From: Takakia lepidozioides
Taxonomy: Eukaryota > Plantae > Bryophyta
DNA: 64,000 nt
Assembly (NCBI GenBank): GCA_030704615.1
Contig: CM060731.1
Coordinates: 37,200,001-37,264,000 of the forward strand
Direction of reading: 5' to 3'
The position numbers were made by a program, and so were the translations under genes. This document shows positions 12,810 through 26,557 of this stretch, piece after piece (the stretch's first letter is position 1; the number at the start of each line of letters is the position of its first letter). Under the pieces are notes generated by a model. The model was not told where the DNA came from. It made no database searches and saw only the letters and a list, made by a program, of their open reading frames with translations.

Positions 12810-15800
12810 TTTGCATATGTGATCTAAACATACTTATGCACATGTGGACTAAATATGAGCTTGAACCAAGTTGATTCAATGGGTCATTCTAGTGTTGAAC
12901 GCAGCTACGTGTCGTAGAGACGGAAAATTACATTTCGTCTGCACATGATTTTTTTTTTATTCCATTTTCAAGCCATATACTTAATGATAGCATATGCAAT
13001 GTGCGTGCAAAAATTGGGAGTAAACAAAAGTCATTTGAACCCATAACCAGATTTTGTTCTTTGATTCACTCCAAAGTTGAGTTATTTTCAACTTCATGCA
13101 CTCTTTATAGAGAGTTCTGCAAAAGTGACCCTAGAAACAAACTTATTTTTTTTCCATTTTGTTTTGTCCAATTTTTTGCATGGATGTAGTGGTGCAAAGC
13201 CCGATGTTACAAAACAAAATAGAGCTAAAAATAAAATCATTACGCCCCTCAAAACCGCAATCATATATTTTTTAAATACAAATATTTATTTTAAATTCAT
13301 TTAAATTCAACTTAATTCAAAATTGGTGCAAGGGTGAGTGCGTCGTTGATGAGGCAAATGTTTTTTTGTTTATGTTGGATCTTTGTACAGGTGTTGCACG
13401 CATATTTAAGCACATGTAGGAAAAACTGAAGTTTGAGCCACATCCGTTTGATGGGTGCAATGGCATGAGAGGATTTTATTTCACATTAATAAACAAAAAT
13501 TGGTTGATAGGGTGAATGCGTCATTGGGGGGGGAAATGATTTTGTTTGGGTTTGAAACTTCGCATGCGAGTAAGTTGCGCACATACTTGTAATTATTAAA
13601 TGACATATTTGATGCACGCACACATTGAAGGTTGTTGTTTGCATTTCGCTTATAATGAGTTGTATGGTTGCAAGGACACATTATAATATATATCTCTATG
13701 TTCATTTGTTCGTATCAGGACTTTGTCCATCCCTTCCTGGTCCTTTCTCTTGGCATCGCATCCGAAAACAACCCCAAGTACATCAGGCGGGAGCCGTGGG
13801 CAAGACGTCGCCCCCACGGTACCGGACGATGATGACTATGACAGTGATAGTGACAGTGACAACAACAATGAGCATGGAATTAACCAGGAGGATGTGCAAG
13901 CCATGGAGGATATCTTAATGCATCATGTGGGCGCTGATGCATCCCATGGAGAGGGAACCCGACCAATCGATGATCCTGAAATGACCCCCTCAAATGACAT
14001 GGAGAGGGATGCGAGAACTCCCTTGTACGAAGGGGCGAAAGTGAGTCGACTTTCAACAATCTTATTTTTGCTCAATCGTCAAATTGATTTGATATAAGTA
14101 ATGTTGGGATATATGCCATAATGCAAACTATTGTAGACTATATCCTTGCTCTACACTTGAAACCCCAAATGCCACGGTCGCGGAAAGCGGCGCGCGAAGT
14201 CTTGGACTCTGTGGGGGTGGGCTATAAGATTTTTCATGCATGTCCATGTGATAAAACCCTATATTACGGAGAGGATTCGCATCTCACCAAGTGCCCAAAG
14301 TGCAAGAAAGACCGATATCGGGATGATGTCCAAGGGAAAAAAGTACCACGCAAGGTATAAGCGTCATTCTCCCTCGCATGGAAATTACTTTCTTTAATTT
14401 TCTCAATGCATGTAAAGTGTATTCCACAAAGTTTAGGGTTTAGAGAGTAGTACTCATGCAAGATCTGATTGTGGTTTTGGAAGGAGTGAGTGAGGAGTGG
14501 AAAGAGCGACGTTCGGTTTTGACCATTCACGCCCAAATGAGGGAGATGCTACATAAAGGGAAAGACATAAGGGTGTTGTATTATGTGTGCTAATGGGATG
14601 ATTACATGTGGGGGACGTGGGGTATTTCATCCTATAAAATGCATTACTTTCCAATCGTCCCGCAATTGAGGGCATAGTACCGAAGCCCCGAATTGGCCAG
14701 ACTCATGAGATGACACGCCTTGCATCGGAGCCCCCCGGGAGAGGTGTGTGGGCCACAAGATTCACAAGCATGGAGGCATATTGAAGAGATGTGGTCTTTT
14801 CTCTTGGAGGACCCACGACATGTCCACATCAGCTTCTTCTCGGATGGGGTCAACCCATTTTCTGTCCAGTCATGTAGTCATTCCACTTGGCCAGTGACCA
14901 TGGTGAATTACAACATCCCTCCGTATCTTTCAATTAAAAAAGACCATATCACGTTGGTTACCATTATGTCAGGTGAGTGTACTCATTTCATGTTTATTAT
15001 TGCCTTGGACTTTACAATAAACTTCTGATCTCTGACACAATTCGGATGCAAGATTGATGAGTGACATAATCATGGAGTAAGACGTGTAATTCATTTTATA
15101 GTATAATTTGCATATTGGTGGAGCATTGAAACAATGATGTGAATGTCTCATAGGGAAAAAAACAAGTGGCAAATATGGACACGTACTTGTGACCTCTAGT
15201 TGAACTTAAGGAGCTATGGAGGGGGGTCCCGGCATTAGATGCTTTACTTGACCCTATGGCCGAACAATCTTTTCAGATGAGAGGCATATTGCTTTGGACA
15301 ATGCATGATTATCCAGGTATATTATGTTCCCCATGAACAACCCGCGTACGTTCACTTGTCAATGCCGGATAATATCGATGAGGATTGGGATTGATTGAAG
15401 TAGTGGCGACAGTTTTGTGCACCGTAGTGGGGTAGATGACATTATGGGCCATGCACATGACAACTTTTTGTCTTTGCTAATGTGGCGGGATGTATAGTAC
15501 ATGACTAACTGTTTGTTCGGGGCTAAGCACCAAAGGGTACCATGCATGCTTGCATTGTGGCGATGATCTTGATGCACATAGCTTCCGCCATCTTCACAAG
15601 ATGGTGTATCCCAACTACCGCAAATTTCTTCCTATGAGCCATCGATGGAGAAGAAGAGAGAAACGCTTGTTTACCGATAATGAACGGGGCCGACAATCGA
15701 AGCCTCTTCTACTAAGTGCACTACCAAGTGCACTCGGATGTCAAAGAAGGAGGGGGGAAGGTGCATCTTCATCATACACAATACCTCCACCGCCTCCTTC

Positions 15801-18800
15801 TTCATGCGTGGAAAATCCGTTTCCTCCAACTCTTTAGAGCAAATCCATCAGAATAAGCCTCCCAATCTATAGATTGTCTCACGAACCTCGGGAGTCAATG
15901 TCCCACGTACTGCAATGGACAAGATGTCTTACAATAGATTGTGGTAGTCATGAGACTTCAAACCATGGACCCCGTCTTCTTCGCTGAACTTCGTACAGAG
16001 GGATGACCCATAACCAGTTGGTGTTCGGACAGCACTTATGGTGGCTATCACTTTCTTGTATTCCTCCTTTGTTCATTGCCAAGGTACGTGCCTATACTTC
16101 CACCGTACAACACCCTTTGGGTCCACACCATTTTGTTCGGCCCATAGATGGCGCATGTGACCCTGCTCCTCAAGCTCATTTCTAACACTGAGAAAATCTC
16201 CTTTTGCAGCCACTCCCTTCTTTGCCGGCGTGCCATGAAGAACCCAAAAAAGGGACAAGCAAACATTCTTCTCAATATGCATGGGATCTAGAAGATGGCG
16301 AATCTTCAGGTCCTACATATATCCCCACCCACAAATACTTGCACAATTTTTTTTACGTGAAAGTGACAATGCAACGCATACCAAATGTGCAATATCACAT
16401 GCATGCATAGAGATATTGACGGTGTTTTTGTGGAATATGTACTGCCCAATATGACAACTCGTAGAAGATTGAAAATCGTTTCATGCCGGACACGTCCACT
16501 TCACCGTCCGTGCCCGCATGGGCCTCCTTCCATCGGTCCTCCCAAAAATTGCCCGGACGGTGTCATAGGGGGGGGGACATACTTCCTCTTTGTCATCTAT
16601 GTTCTATTGCATGGAGTACATGGCAAGGGTGGATGAGGAAGCCCCTTGGATGTGGAAGGAAGAGGAGGATGCACGAACCAAAGACATCGTTTTGCCCAAA
16701 ACATCGAAGAGGGTAAAATTGCCGACCTTGGTGATTGAGCAAGTGCATGACTTCATACTGAAGAACACCCCATCCATACATGAGTGGGAGACAAAATACA
16801 ATAATCTTGTTCAGCAACGAGAGGAGGAGACGCTTTCATGGAGGCGGAACCATCCAAGGCCGGTTACTAGACGCCCACGACGAGGAGCGGGCCGCAGGAA
16901 TGTTCCTTCACAAAATTTGCCCATGGAATTGCAGCCTCTAAGTTCATTCCAACAGTGGCTTCGGACTTCAGTTTATGATGCCGTTGCTCAAGGAGAGGTG
17001 GTTCAAATTTGGTGCAAGACATTGCAAGGGCCCCCTCCCAATTCGCAACCTCATACACGGCGGTTTGGGTTCACGGTCGTCATTTCCGCATTCGTGCTCT
17101 TGACATGAAGCGCAAAACAACCTTTGATTCTGGCTTGTGTGCCATATATTGGCAAAACTCCGTGTGGGGCAAGGGAGATACATGACTTGCTATGAGCAAA
17201 CTTGAGTACATTCGAGAGCTTGAGAGCATACTCCAACTTCAGTATACAAGGTACCGGCCTCTTCTCTTCAAGGGAAGGTGGTTCCAACCACATCTTGTAG
17301 GGCCCTCCGCAACACTAGTGCAAGATGATTGTGGTTTCATGCGCGTCAATGCAGATAGACTCAACCTTACTCATCGTCCCTCCGATGAGCCTTATTCACG
17401 GCCTTCAGACATGGAGCAAGTTTTCTTCTCCGATGATAAAACAAGAGAGGGGAATTGGAAGGTGGTCGTGCATGCTCAGCCAAGAGGAAGACGTATCTAT
17501 CATGGTCTCAGATCTCCATGGGGTGAGGCAATTGCGGTGGACGGAGAGACTGGTCATAATGATGCTGATGATGGAGGTTGGGTAGAGGGGGTAGAAGATG
17601 ACGATGACGCCCCGGAAAATGCATCCCAGACCCTATATGATGAAGCTCTAGAAGATACGGATGTTGGAGAAGGAGACGAAGACGCGGCCATTGACAACGA
17701 GGTGGAGGATGATTCGGAGGTGCCTTTTGAGGGCCGGGCCATTTATGATGATGACTCCGATGACCAAGAAGACTTGCAGCTTGATAAGGATGAAGAAGCT
17801 CCGGATGATGATGTTCAAGTTGATTAGACACAAAATCAAAGCTACATAACAATTCTCGCACCGAACTGTACCCATCCCTTCGATTGATTATACATGTACA
17901 TGCATATTATAGCTTATTTCTACGATTGATCAAATATGGCTGTGGCTGGTGGTCTTTCAAGAAAGAAGGCAGAGGCATTGAATATGTTGGAGCAACACAT
18001 ATAGATGTGGTATCAAGAGAATTATCAAAATGAATGTCACAATCTACAAGAAGGTCCACAATAACAAGCTAAATCATAAAGAAAAACAAACACCCTACCC
18101 CAGTACCATATGGAAAAAAAAAAAAAAAAAAAAAAAAACTAAGAACCCGCAAAGGCCCTAAACCTAAACCTAGAAAGCCCTGCCGTCGCTTCCTACGACC
18201 CCCTCTCGTCGCAAACTGCGATGCATTTTTTTATTAATTTATGGCGCTTATATTTATGACCAGCATAGTGTATCTACGTGGTTTTGTGGAGGGAAAGAAT
18301 GTGAATTAAATATGATGCAAGAGAGGCCAATATACAATTGGTCTACATGAACATCACTAATCGCTTCAGTCGTTAGTGTCATCCATTGATTGTACTTCGA
18401 CCGGGCCTGACGTGGTCAAGAATTTTCAAACCCCCAAAAAACATCTAGGAAGGACATATAGGGATCAGGCATCCACTCAGTTATGTTCTCGGTCATCACA
18501 TAGGAACAAAAAAAAGAAGTTGAAGACCAGCGGAAACGGCGACGGCAAGCCGTCGCAAACTGCGACCTATTTTTTTTTGTTTTGAAAGAATAGGGCAGCC
18601 CCTGTTTGCGACGTCCGGCCATCGCCAAGGCCTTTTGCCATTCATGCCACCATGCGACGGCCTGGCGTCGCAAATTAAGGGCTGCGATGAAAGAAAGGGC
18701 AAGAAAGGGCTGCCTTTTTCCGCTGGCGACGGCCGGCCGGCCGGCCATCACCGGAAAGGGTTGCCTTCTGCCCTTCGGGGGGAGACGCGTGGGCGTCGCA

Positions 18801-19018
18801 CGGAAGTACTACCTTCTGCCCTTCATCCGCCTGTGTGACGGCCGGGCGTCGCCACCTGGCCCCAGCGCCAAGTGGCGACCAGCAGGGTTTGTTTGCGACG
18901 GCCCGACGTCGCAAAAAGGCGCCGCGGGGTGGGCGTCGCACGTTCGGCGTCGCATGGGGCGTGGGGGTACGGCCGGCATCACAAACCAACCCCCCCCCCC
19001 CCCCCATTCGCTGTAGTG
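12810..19018 (+). mobile_element. CACTA (En/Spm) DNA transposon; right end present, left end not found
   Basis: Right terminus ...CATTCGCTGTAGTG (reverse complement CACTACAGCG) ends at 19018. GCGAC/GTCGC subterminal repeats at 18530-18960. Internal transposase present. Confidence 0.85.
13720..17827 (+). pseudogene. CACTA TnpD-type transposase pseudogene (Transposase_21/DUF4218/DUF4216 regions) with introns and an internal inversion at 15673-16597
   Basis: Plus strand: HACPCD..C.KC, SDGVNPF, STWPV..NYNIPP, WTMHDYPG. Minus strand: SIFYELSYW, DPMHIEKNV, GLKSHDYH, PPSFFDI..HL. Plus strand again: LFKGRWF..DDCGF..DEPY..QVFF. Confidence 0.92.
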
Positions 19019-19020
19019 GT

Positions 19021-19160
19021 GAAACCAGATTCAGCTGACTTGAAAGACGAAGATGAGGAGAAAAAATGTGGCGGTTCATAGAAAGATCATTGGGTTATTC
19101 AATATTTGATAAAGTTGCGTGATGAAATGCAAGACACATCTGCCGCTCCACCAAAACAAG
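19021..19160 (+). pseudogene. Possible Myb/SANT-like (PIF/Harbinger ORF1-type) exon fragment
   Basis: *KDHWVIQYLIKLRDEMQDTSAAPPKQG followed by a GT donor. Pattern recall only. Confidence 0.35.
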
Positions 19161-19849
19161 GTGAGTACCGGTACATTACGTGCCATATACCTTGCGATGT
19201 GAATGAATCTTGGGCTTATGTGTCTCTTGAGTCTAAGATACAAATATGTAGGACCAAACAGATTATGTCATGGATAATGTGTTGATATGCTGAAGATATC
19301 ATTTGCAGTGCCCACAATGCTTGCTGAGGATGCTTTCTTAGAGTTTCTACAACATGGAATGCTAAGAGTAGATAAGAAATTATCTAGTGATGCAATACAA
19401 CTGAGCTTCTTACATGTAGGAGCTCACGTACATGGCTACCTAACACACGAGGGCGACAATTAGGGCTCTTCTTTGATTGTTCACGTTTGATTTCCAACAC
19501 GCTTCCATCCACAGGGCCAATTTATTAGTAGATGGATGATAAATAAATAATGACTCCTTATGCTAGCCTCACAACCGGCCGGTGGTGTGCCAAATTGGTG
19601 ACCTCCCTAACGTTATTCGAGTATGTAATCGGGAATTTGGGAATTGAAAAGCTTGGTGTTTTGCTATGTTTGTTGGGTCAATGATGGCAAACCAACGGAC
19701 CCACGATGGTGGCCTCGACAAGGATGACTACGCAGTGTCGCATGTAGAGGCGTCCTATGAAGCCCGCAAACCAACGTCTTCACATGGATTGCGGTGGGGC
19801 CCTTCTCTTAGAGTCACTGAGACACCACTAAATCACGTTTCGACAGCGA

Positions 19850-20650
19850 GATGAGGCAGCGACAACATAGCCACAAGGCAACGGCGACGAAGGACGGCGG
19901 AGTCAAGCGACAGCACCCGAGCGAACAAGAGAGTCGACATAGCAATGTCAACAACCCTGTTAGCATCTAGGGACAGGAAGACGCTCTCACACACGTACTA
20001 GAAAATAGTGTCTGCGTGCAATCCACAGTGTCAAGGTCATATTCTCCTTCAGCAGTAGCAGCAACGTTTATCCTCACCCCAACCCCACTAGCAGGAAGCC
20101 CCAGTGGTGGTGACAGACAGTGGTTTGTCACAACACTAGTCAGAACGCATTTGTCTGTCTCAACACAGTCCCAACACCACCTTTCTGGCTGCGCTCGGAG
20201 TCCCACAAAAGTCACCTCACCACCGGGTTCTCCACCTCACTCAAGACAACGGATCCATGCTCACCCTCCTTCTGTCCTTGGACCTTTCATTTTGTCAATT
20301 CCTCCAATTGCGCCACCTCCTCCCACGGCTCCATCCCTTCCACAACCACCAGTTGTTCTTACTACCGAATGTATTCCTTGCTTGGCTTGTGGTCACATTT
20401 TCGTCCAAATTACAGGTTTGGCTCGCCATCAACGCAATTGCAAATTTGCATAACTTTCGGCAAGCGAGCCATGAAGGTTCTTTTCTGGCCACTCCCCTCA
20501 GTGTTTTGTAGGCTCCCCCTCTATCCACTGCATGGATGTGGCTATCCTCATTGGATGTACTTGGAGCTTTTCATTTGAGATTGTCCTGTCCCTGCCTCTA
20601 TTATTTTGTACAAGGTTTCATGTTTTTGGCAGATGCTATTCGTCTTCTAA
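19850..20650 (+). mobile_element. Possible 5' fragment of a CRE/R2-like non-LTR retrotransposon with a C2HC zinc finger
   Basis: Pro-rich stretch, then CLACGHIFVQITGLARHQRNC and AWMWLSSLD. No RT is present, so the class is inferred. Confidence 0.4.
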
Positions 20651-22637
20651 TAACAACCAGCTATAAAAGGACAAGTATACCCTTAAAAACCACCACAATT
20701 GAAGTGTGGATTAAGAGCACAATTTTCGTTAAAAACGCATGTGTAATGTGCATTTTATTTTTATTTTTATTTTTTGCGAATTAAACATTATGTAGCATTG
20801 TGCATAAAATTCTTGATAAATGTTTTCTATGGAACGAAAACCTCAATATTTCAAAATCTAGATTTATAATAAAAGAATTCAACAAACTTTCTAAACTAAA
20901 AATATAACATATTAAGTGATATACTAAATTTGACTATATTATAAAATAAAATTTAAATGCAACACATTGTTGAAAATAACAAAAATTTATTAACAGTAAA
21001 AATAAATGAAATATTTCTATCATGATATTATTGCATCACTCTAATTTTAATCAATACACAATGAAAGAATCATTGTTTAAATGGTGCAATATGACACTCG
21101 TACACTTGCAAAACACTACTCACATTCTGAGTGAGCTTCACTTCCACATAACATGAAGATATAAAATAGATCCCTTTGAACTTGCACTTCTCTAATTGGA
21201 ACTATAGTAGTTCCACTATTACAGTTTACTCTAGTCCTTAAAGGAATGGAATTGTTTTCAATATAAAAACTCATTATTTTTGAAGTGTCATGACTCATAA
21301 GTGTAAATGGAAGTGAGACATGTAAATCTCAACCTTGCAATCTTGTATAAAACTTGTTATAAATGATGTAGATTAAATTTGGAGTCATGAGGCCTTATAA
21401 ATTGGAAGATCGTAATATTTCAATATTTAAAAAATGGTTCTAAAATTTGGTTGTATATTGGAGTTGAAATATTACCACTAAATCTATTTCAATAAAATAA
21501 TTTTCAAGTAGAAGGGTGTTTAATATCATCTAAAGAACACAGTAGTAAAAGAAAAATCGTCTGAAAGCATTGATGTGCCCAAAAAGTTGTGCTTCAAGAT
21601 ATAATGAAACTTCTTACTTTTACAACACCTTACTTTTTAGGTCTTTACAGGGTTATCTATATATGATTTATGGGTTTATGATAGCAACATATTTAAAAAG
21701 ACTTGTAATTAATTTACATGGAAAGAAACGTTATGTGTGCATCATACAATACACTACAAACTAGATATATTGTCACCTCCACTAATTGATTTAAAAATGG
21801 TATAATTTTTTATTCTTGCTATCTACCAACTATATTTATAGATATTATTATACATGAATAGTACTTGTATATTTATTTGTGATTAAAATATTCATCTCAC
21901 GTAATAAGTTACAACCTTGCATAAATAGGAAGTATGGGTTATACTAAAATTTATAGTGTAGTAAACCCCCTTGTTTTTTGTTTTTTCCTTCCTTACAAGT
22001 GAAACAGTTTGATTCTACAGCTAAGTTACAATGAAAAAAATAAAAATTGTCAAGCAACACCAGCCTACCATAGCAGGGTTGCCATCCTGAGTGAATATTT
22101 AATATTTGATGAAAAATAAGGTTCACTCTTTTAGATGATAAGAAGTTGATCTTTGTTCCTTGGCGAAAAATGGATTTAAATGACCCAAAATAGCTGAAAA
22201 TAGAAATTATGGCTGAAAATGGTTTATTCAAAAAGCAAAATTCTGCCTTCATATTTTTTCAATTTTTTTGTTTTTTTAGGATTAGTTTTTGCAACCTTGT
22301 TGTGGTTCCACAGTACACATAACATTCTTTTAATGACCCCTCTCAATACTTTCATTCTAAGGAAATCATTTCATTAATTAACTTGGTAGAACGCCCTAAA
22401 ACCATCAACTTAAGCTATCTATATTATAATTTATGGATTTACTACAAAATTGTTTAAAAAAATCCTTATAGGAAGATAGTTTTGACGAGGAATGCATAAT
22501 TTTCATATTAGTATTCCAATTATGGGAATTACTATAATTTATGAAAGTGAAAAGTACTTCCAGACTTGACTTTGTCATTATATTATATAGTACTATAGAT
22601 TTTCCCATTTCCACACTATGTAAGTACTGACCTTTAA

Positions 22638-23209
22638 CCCTTAAAGGCTCTTTCAACCCAAACTAGGGCGCTACCAATTTTTGCCCTATGTAATCTCCTT
22701 CTTCATGAAACCTGCCACGAAAAAAATCTAGTAGATAGTTCATCAAGTTATTGTCCTATCCAATGGTTGGATTTGGTGTTACTCTCATACATAAGTCACT
22801 AAAATTATAAATGTACAAGTACGTGAAGTTTTGACCAAGACAAATTTGCATTGACTTTAGTTCAAAAGTGGTTTTGCAAATATGAGGCCATAGAATTAAA
22901 CATCACAAAAATTCTAAAAAATCACCACATAAAAAATGTCTCATTTCAAACCCATTCTAAGAAGTTTTACTTTCAAATTGTTAATATTTTGTTTGTAATC
23001 AAATTTAGAGGGATTTTTAAATTTGAATTTAAAATTTTATAAGAAAATATTGGTTATAGCATTGGTAAATCTAACCATACGGATAGAATCTAAAATTTAA
23101 AATCTACAACTTCTTTTGGTACATCAACTTCAAAATAACCCTCTATATGGAACTTTATAATGTGTTCTCTCGAATCGTTCAATTTGGAAGCACCCTGGTG
23201 CTTTTAGGG
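22638..23209. mobile_element. Non-autonomous TTAA-flanked piggyBac-like element, family 1
   Basis: TTAA|CCCTTAAAG ... CTTTTAGGG|TTAA. A related inverted copy starts at 48319. Confidence 0.65.
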
Positions 23210-23213
23210 TTAA

Positions 23214-24129
23214 ATTCCTTGACTATCTTCCATAAAAAATCACTCCAAAATTGTCATTTCTAGCACAAAGAGAAAAAAACCAAAAACCAAAAAAATTCTT
23301 ACCTTCAACCGTGAAATTTTCAATTAAACTATTAGAAGAATGTGTGGAAGTTTTCCAGCATATTTGGTCTCTCAAGGATTGAAATATCAAAACATTTGAA
23401 GCAAAAATTTATTTTTTGCACCTTCCCAAACAGGGGGTACGAAATTTTGACTTCTCTTGGAGTGAAATTTTTGCACTCTCAAAGTTGGGGGTTTTGACCA
23501 TTATAAAGAAGACCATCTTAGGCACTTGTTTACCAAATTTAGGAATTAGAAGAGGAGCGTAATATGTCCAAAAAAATCTTGCAATGGAAAGAGGTCCAAA
23601 AGATAGCCAATACACGTTTCATTCTTTTTTAAACTCAAAGTTTTAGAAAATCTCAATCCGTACAGTCAATACAAGATTGTTGCCTCTCCTTGAAGTAGCA
23701 TTTTTTGAAAATAAAAATGGACAAGATCTCTAATCTCTACGTCTAAAAATGTGGAAAAAGATTTATTTATTTATTTTTGCACTTGACAAGGTCATCAAAC
23801 TTTCTACACTATAGTGAAATTTTTGCACTATGGAAAGATATTTTGTTTTGGCGATTTCAAAGAAGATCATGTTAATTACTTGTGGACCAAATCTTAAAGG
23901 TATTAGAATTGTGTAGCAAAGTTTTCCGAGCTGCCTATGGAGCAGCAAAAACTACGTAGGCCAACATAACTTTTTTTTCCAATGTTTGGACTCTAGTGAA
24001 TAAAAGAATCATTTCTCAACAAAGCTAATATATTCCCGCACCTTTGGAAAACAATTCAAAAAATCATAGTAAAAACTAACATTGTAGGAATCTGCCTGAA
24101 ATTCTAAAAAGCCCATTTCAGGACAATTG
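23214..24129 (-). mobile_element. Inverted, end-eroded copy of piggyBac-like family 2
   Basis: 23214-23350 is a reverse-complement match to ~25400-25542. 24080-24129 matches 24700-24750 in reverse. Confidence 0.65.
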
Positions 24130-24687
24130 CCATGTCGAGGCTAATTTCTACTCATGATGTTGCCAAAAACCATGTGCTTCTATGAATCTGGGCTTGCCAC
24201 ATCCAATCATATGCTGGAAGTTGCTTGAAACATTGAACCCTCCTTTGTATAACCCAATTCCGGTCTTTAAACCCAAAAAGTTGGAATTTGGTCTGAGAGT
24301 TGGTGGTTGTAGGGGAAGTTTACATCTTAGTTTCCTGGTAGTTGGTGGTTTTGGGTGGATATACCTTAGAGATACAACTCCATTGTCAAAGCCTTATTCC
24401 ATTGAAGATTGAAGGAGTTTGTGCGCCAAGTCTTAAGTTTGATTCCACAATTACAAAGGAAAAATAATAATTGTCAAGTAACACCAGCCTCAATCCTGCC
24501 TGTAAATGATGTCATGCGTCAACAGGCGCAGCCTGTCAGTTGAAATCTTGGAAACTTGGAAAGTACTTCTGCATAAACTGAAAGAGCATTGAAAGAGACA
24601 ATACAATCCAGCACCACAAAACGATAGATGATACTTACAAGTCACTTGCCTCAAAGTGGTCATAGAGGTCATAGCCAGTGATTTTAA

Positions 24688-25549
24688 CCCCTAAAGGACC
24701 ATTGTCCTGAAATGGGCTTTTTGAGAATTCGGGCAGGCTCCCACGATGGCAATTTTGATCATGAATTTCTGAAAACTTTTATGGAGATGCGGGACGGTAG
24801 TAGCTTCGTGAGAATACAATTTGTTTTTCCACCGGACCTACAGGAAAAAAGTTATGCTACCCGAAAGGCAAAAATGGGGACGTCGGGCAGCTCCACAAAA
24901 TTTCTACACCCCTCTATCAACTTCGAGATTTTTTATACAAGTAACTAACACGAGATTGTAAAAAAAAAACCTTTTCATACGACAGTCGGGCAGGGTGCGA
25001 AAAAACCTTTTTCTTTATCACATAAAAATTAGAGGTTTTGTTCTTTATTTTATTTCTTTTTTCTTCCTTCAAGAAGAAGTCTAAACCTTTGTTTTGACCA
25101 TTTCGATAAGAAATTGAGTTCACAAAAAATAAAATGTATATTAACAATCTTTTGAACATCTATCCGTTCCTAGATTTTTTTGAGAATACTACACTCTTCT
25201 TGTACATCTAAAATTTGGTATGCAAGGACCTAACACCATTTAGACTAGAATGGTGATGTTTTTAGACCTTCTGTAGTCCAAAAATTTGACACCAAGAGAA
25301 GTAAAAGTCTGCTGATCTTGTTTGGATAGGGTTGAAACAAACTTTTTTCTTCAGTTCAAAGACTTATATCTTTCAATCCGTGCGGTCAACTTTCATGAAA
25401 TTTTGCATGCATGTTCTTCTAGTAGTCTAGAGCAAGATCCTACGGTTGGAGATGCAAGAAAAAAAAAAATTGTTTGGTTTTTCACTTTTGAACTAGGAAG
25501 GGCAGTTTTGGAGGGTTTTTGGTGATACATAGTCAAGGAATTTTAGGGG
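24688..25549. mobile_element. Non-autonomous TTAA-flanked piggyBac-like element, family 2
   Basis: TTAA(24684-87)|CCCCTAAA ... TTTAGGGG|TTAA(25550-53). Colinear with 47294-48188. Confidence 0.75.
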
Positions 25550-25778
25550 TTAATGTTGCTAATTTTAACCAACTTGCTATAAAAAATTTGATTTGCTAAT
25601 TAATACAAAGGATTTTGAAGGAAAAAAAAGGAGAATAATACCGTAGTATACCCCTAGGTTAGGCAAGAATAATGATTTTACCCCATATTCTATCAAAATC
25701 AGAAATTGTAGGAGGTTTGTGCCTAAATTCTCATATTTTACACCATGCAAGTGCCGAAAGTTTGGGAAATTAGGGTGT

Positions 25779-26214
25779 TGTCAAGTTAAAAAAGCACAGT
25801 GTGAAAACGACTAGAATAAAGCTAGTTATTTGTACTTAACACTTGGATTTAGGTCAAGTGTTAAGTCAGGTGTCAAGTTTAGTTTGACACCTGAACCGTC
25901 TTATCTTCACGAGAGCGGCAGTCGCGCAGCTCATCTCTCTCGAGTTGAGCCTGCGCGACCGAGCTCCTTCATGCGTTTAGATCTGAGTGTGCTTATGATG
26001 GGAGTGTAGGTTGTTGTGGGGTGGAGTCCCCATAGCTTGGGGTGCCCCTGGCTCGACTTCTATTTTTAAAGAGTGATAGCGATGGATTTCATATTTCTTG
26101 TGTTGAGAGTGTGTCTTTTAGCTTTCTTATCACTCGAGAGAGATGAAACTGTATCTAGTTTTCTAGTGCTAAGCTAGATGTGACGTTCTTGTTTTTAAGC
26201 ACTATTATAATATA
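25779..26214 (+). repeat. 5' LTR segment (A plus putative U5), lacking segment B
   Basis: 25779-26131 matches 36662-37039. A PBS-like site follows. Confidence 0.8.
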
Positions 26215-26217
26215 GCT

Positions 26218-26231
26218 TGGTTACGAGAGCC
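26218..26231 (+). other. PBS-like site TGGTTACGAGAGCC
   Basis: Imperfect similarity to the iMet PBS TGGTATCAGAGCC, just downstream of the 5' repeat. Confidence 0.4.
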
Positions 26232-26330
26232 TGCAGTTAGACTGGCTATGTGTGCCTAGTGGAGCATAACAGGAAGACGGGAAACACTCGAAGTGTCGCT
26301 GCAGCAGTTCAAAGCTAACAATATTCTCGT

Positions 26331-26557
26331 CTTCCTGGCAGGCACTGCAGCAGGCTGTCTGCCTTGTCCTGAAAGCGTGGGGGGCCTGTCCTCATCAACA
26401 GTTGCAGCATAGGAATGGCTTCTGCCGCTGCCATGGATTGTGCTTTTCCCACCTCGGCAGGACTGGAGGACCAGGCTTGACGTAGTAGGAACAAAGCCTC
26501 AAGTGCTGCTTCTTGTGCTCCTTCATTGCCAGCCTTTAGTGCACCCACCAGCTGCAC
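26331..26557 (-). pseudogene. CSI1: Captured fragment of a CELLULOSE SYNTHASE INTERACTIVE 1-like (ARM/C2) gene
   Basis: [61 protein letters not shown] matches the last ARM repeat before the C2 domain of CSI1/POM2 as I recall it. Confidence 0.85.

Noticed and set aside
5190-19018. One intact CACTA element bounded by the 5.4 kb / 18.1 kb inverted repeat
   Set aside because: There is no CACTA terminus on the left. The inverted match is internal sequence and unrelated elements intervene.
20650-25780. Short ORFs in the AT-rich region
   Set aside because: They fall within non-coding MITE-like repeats and show no motifs.
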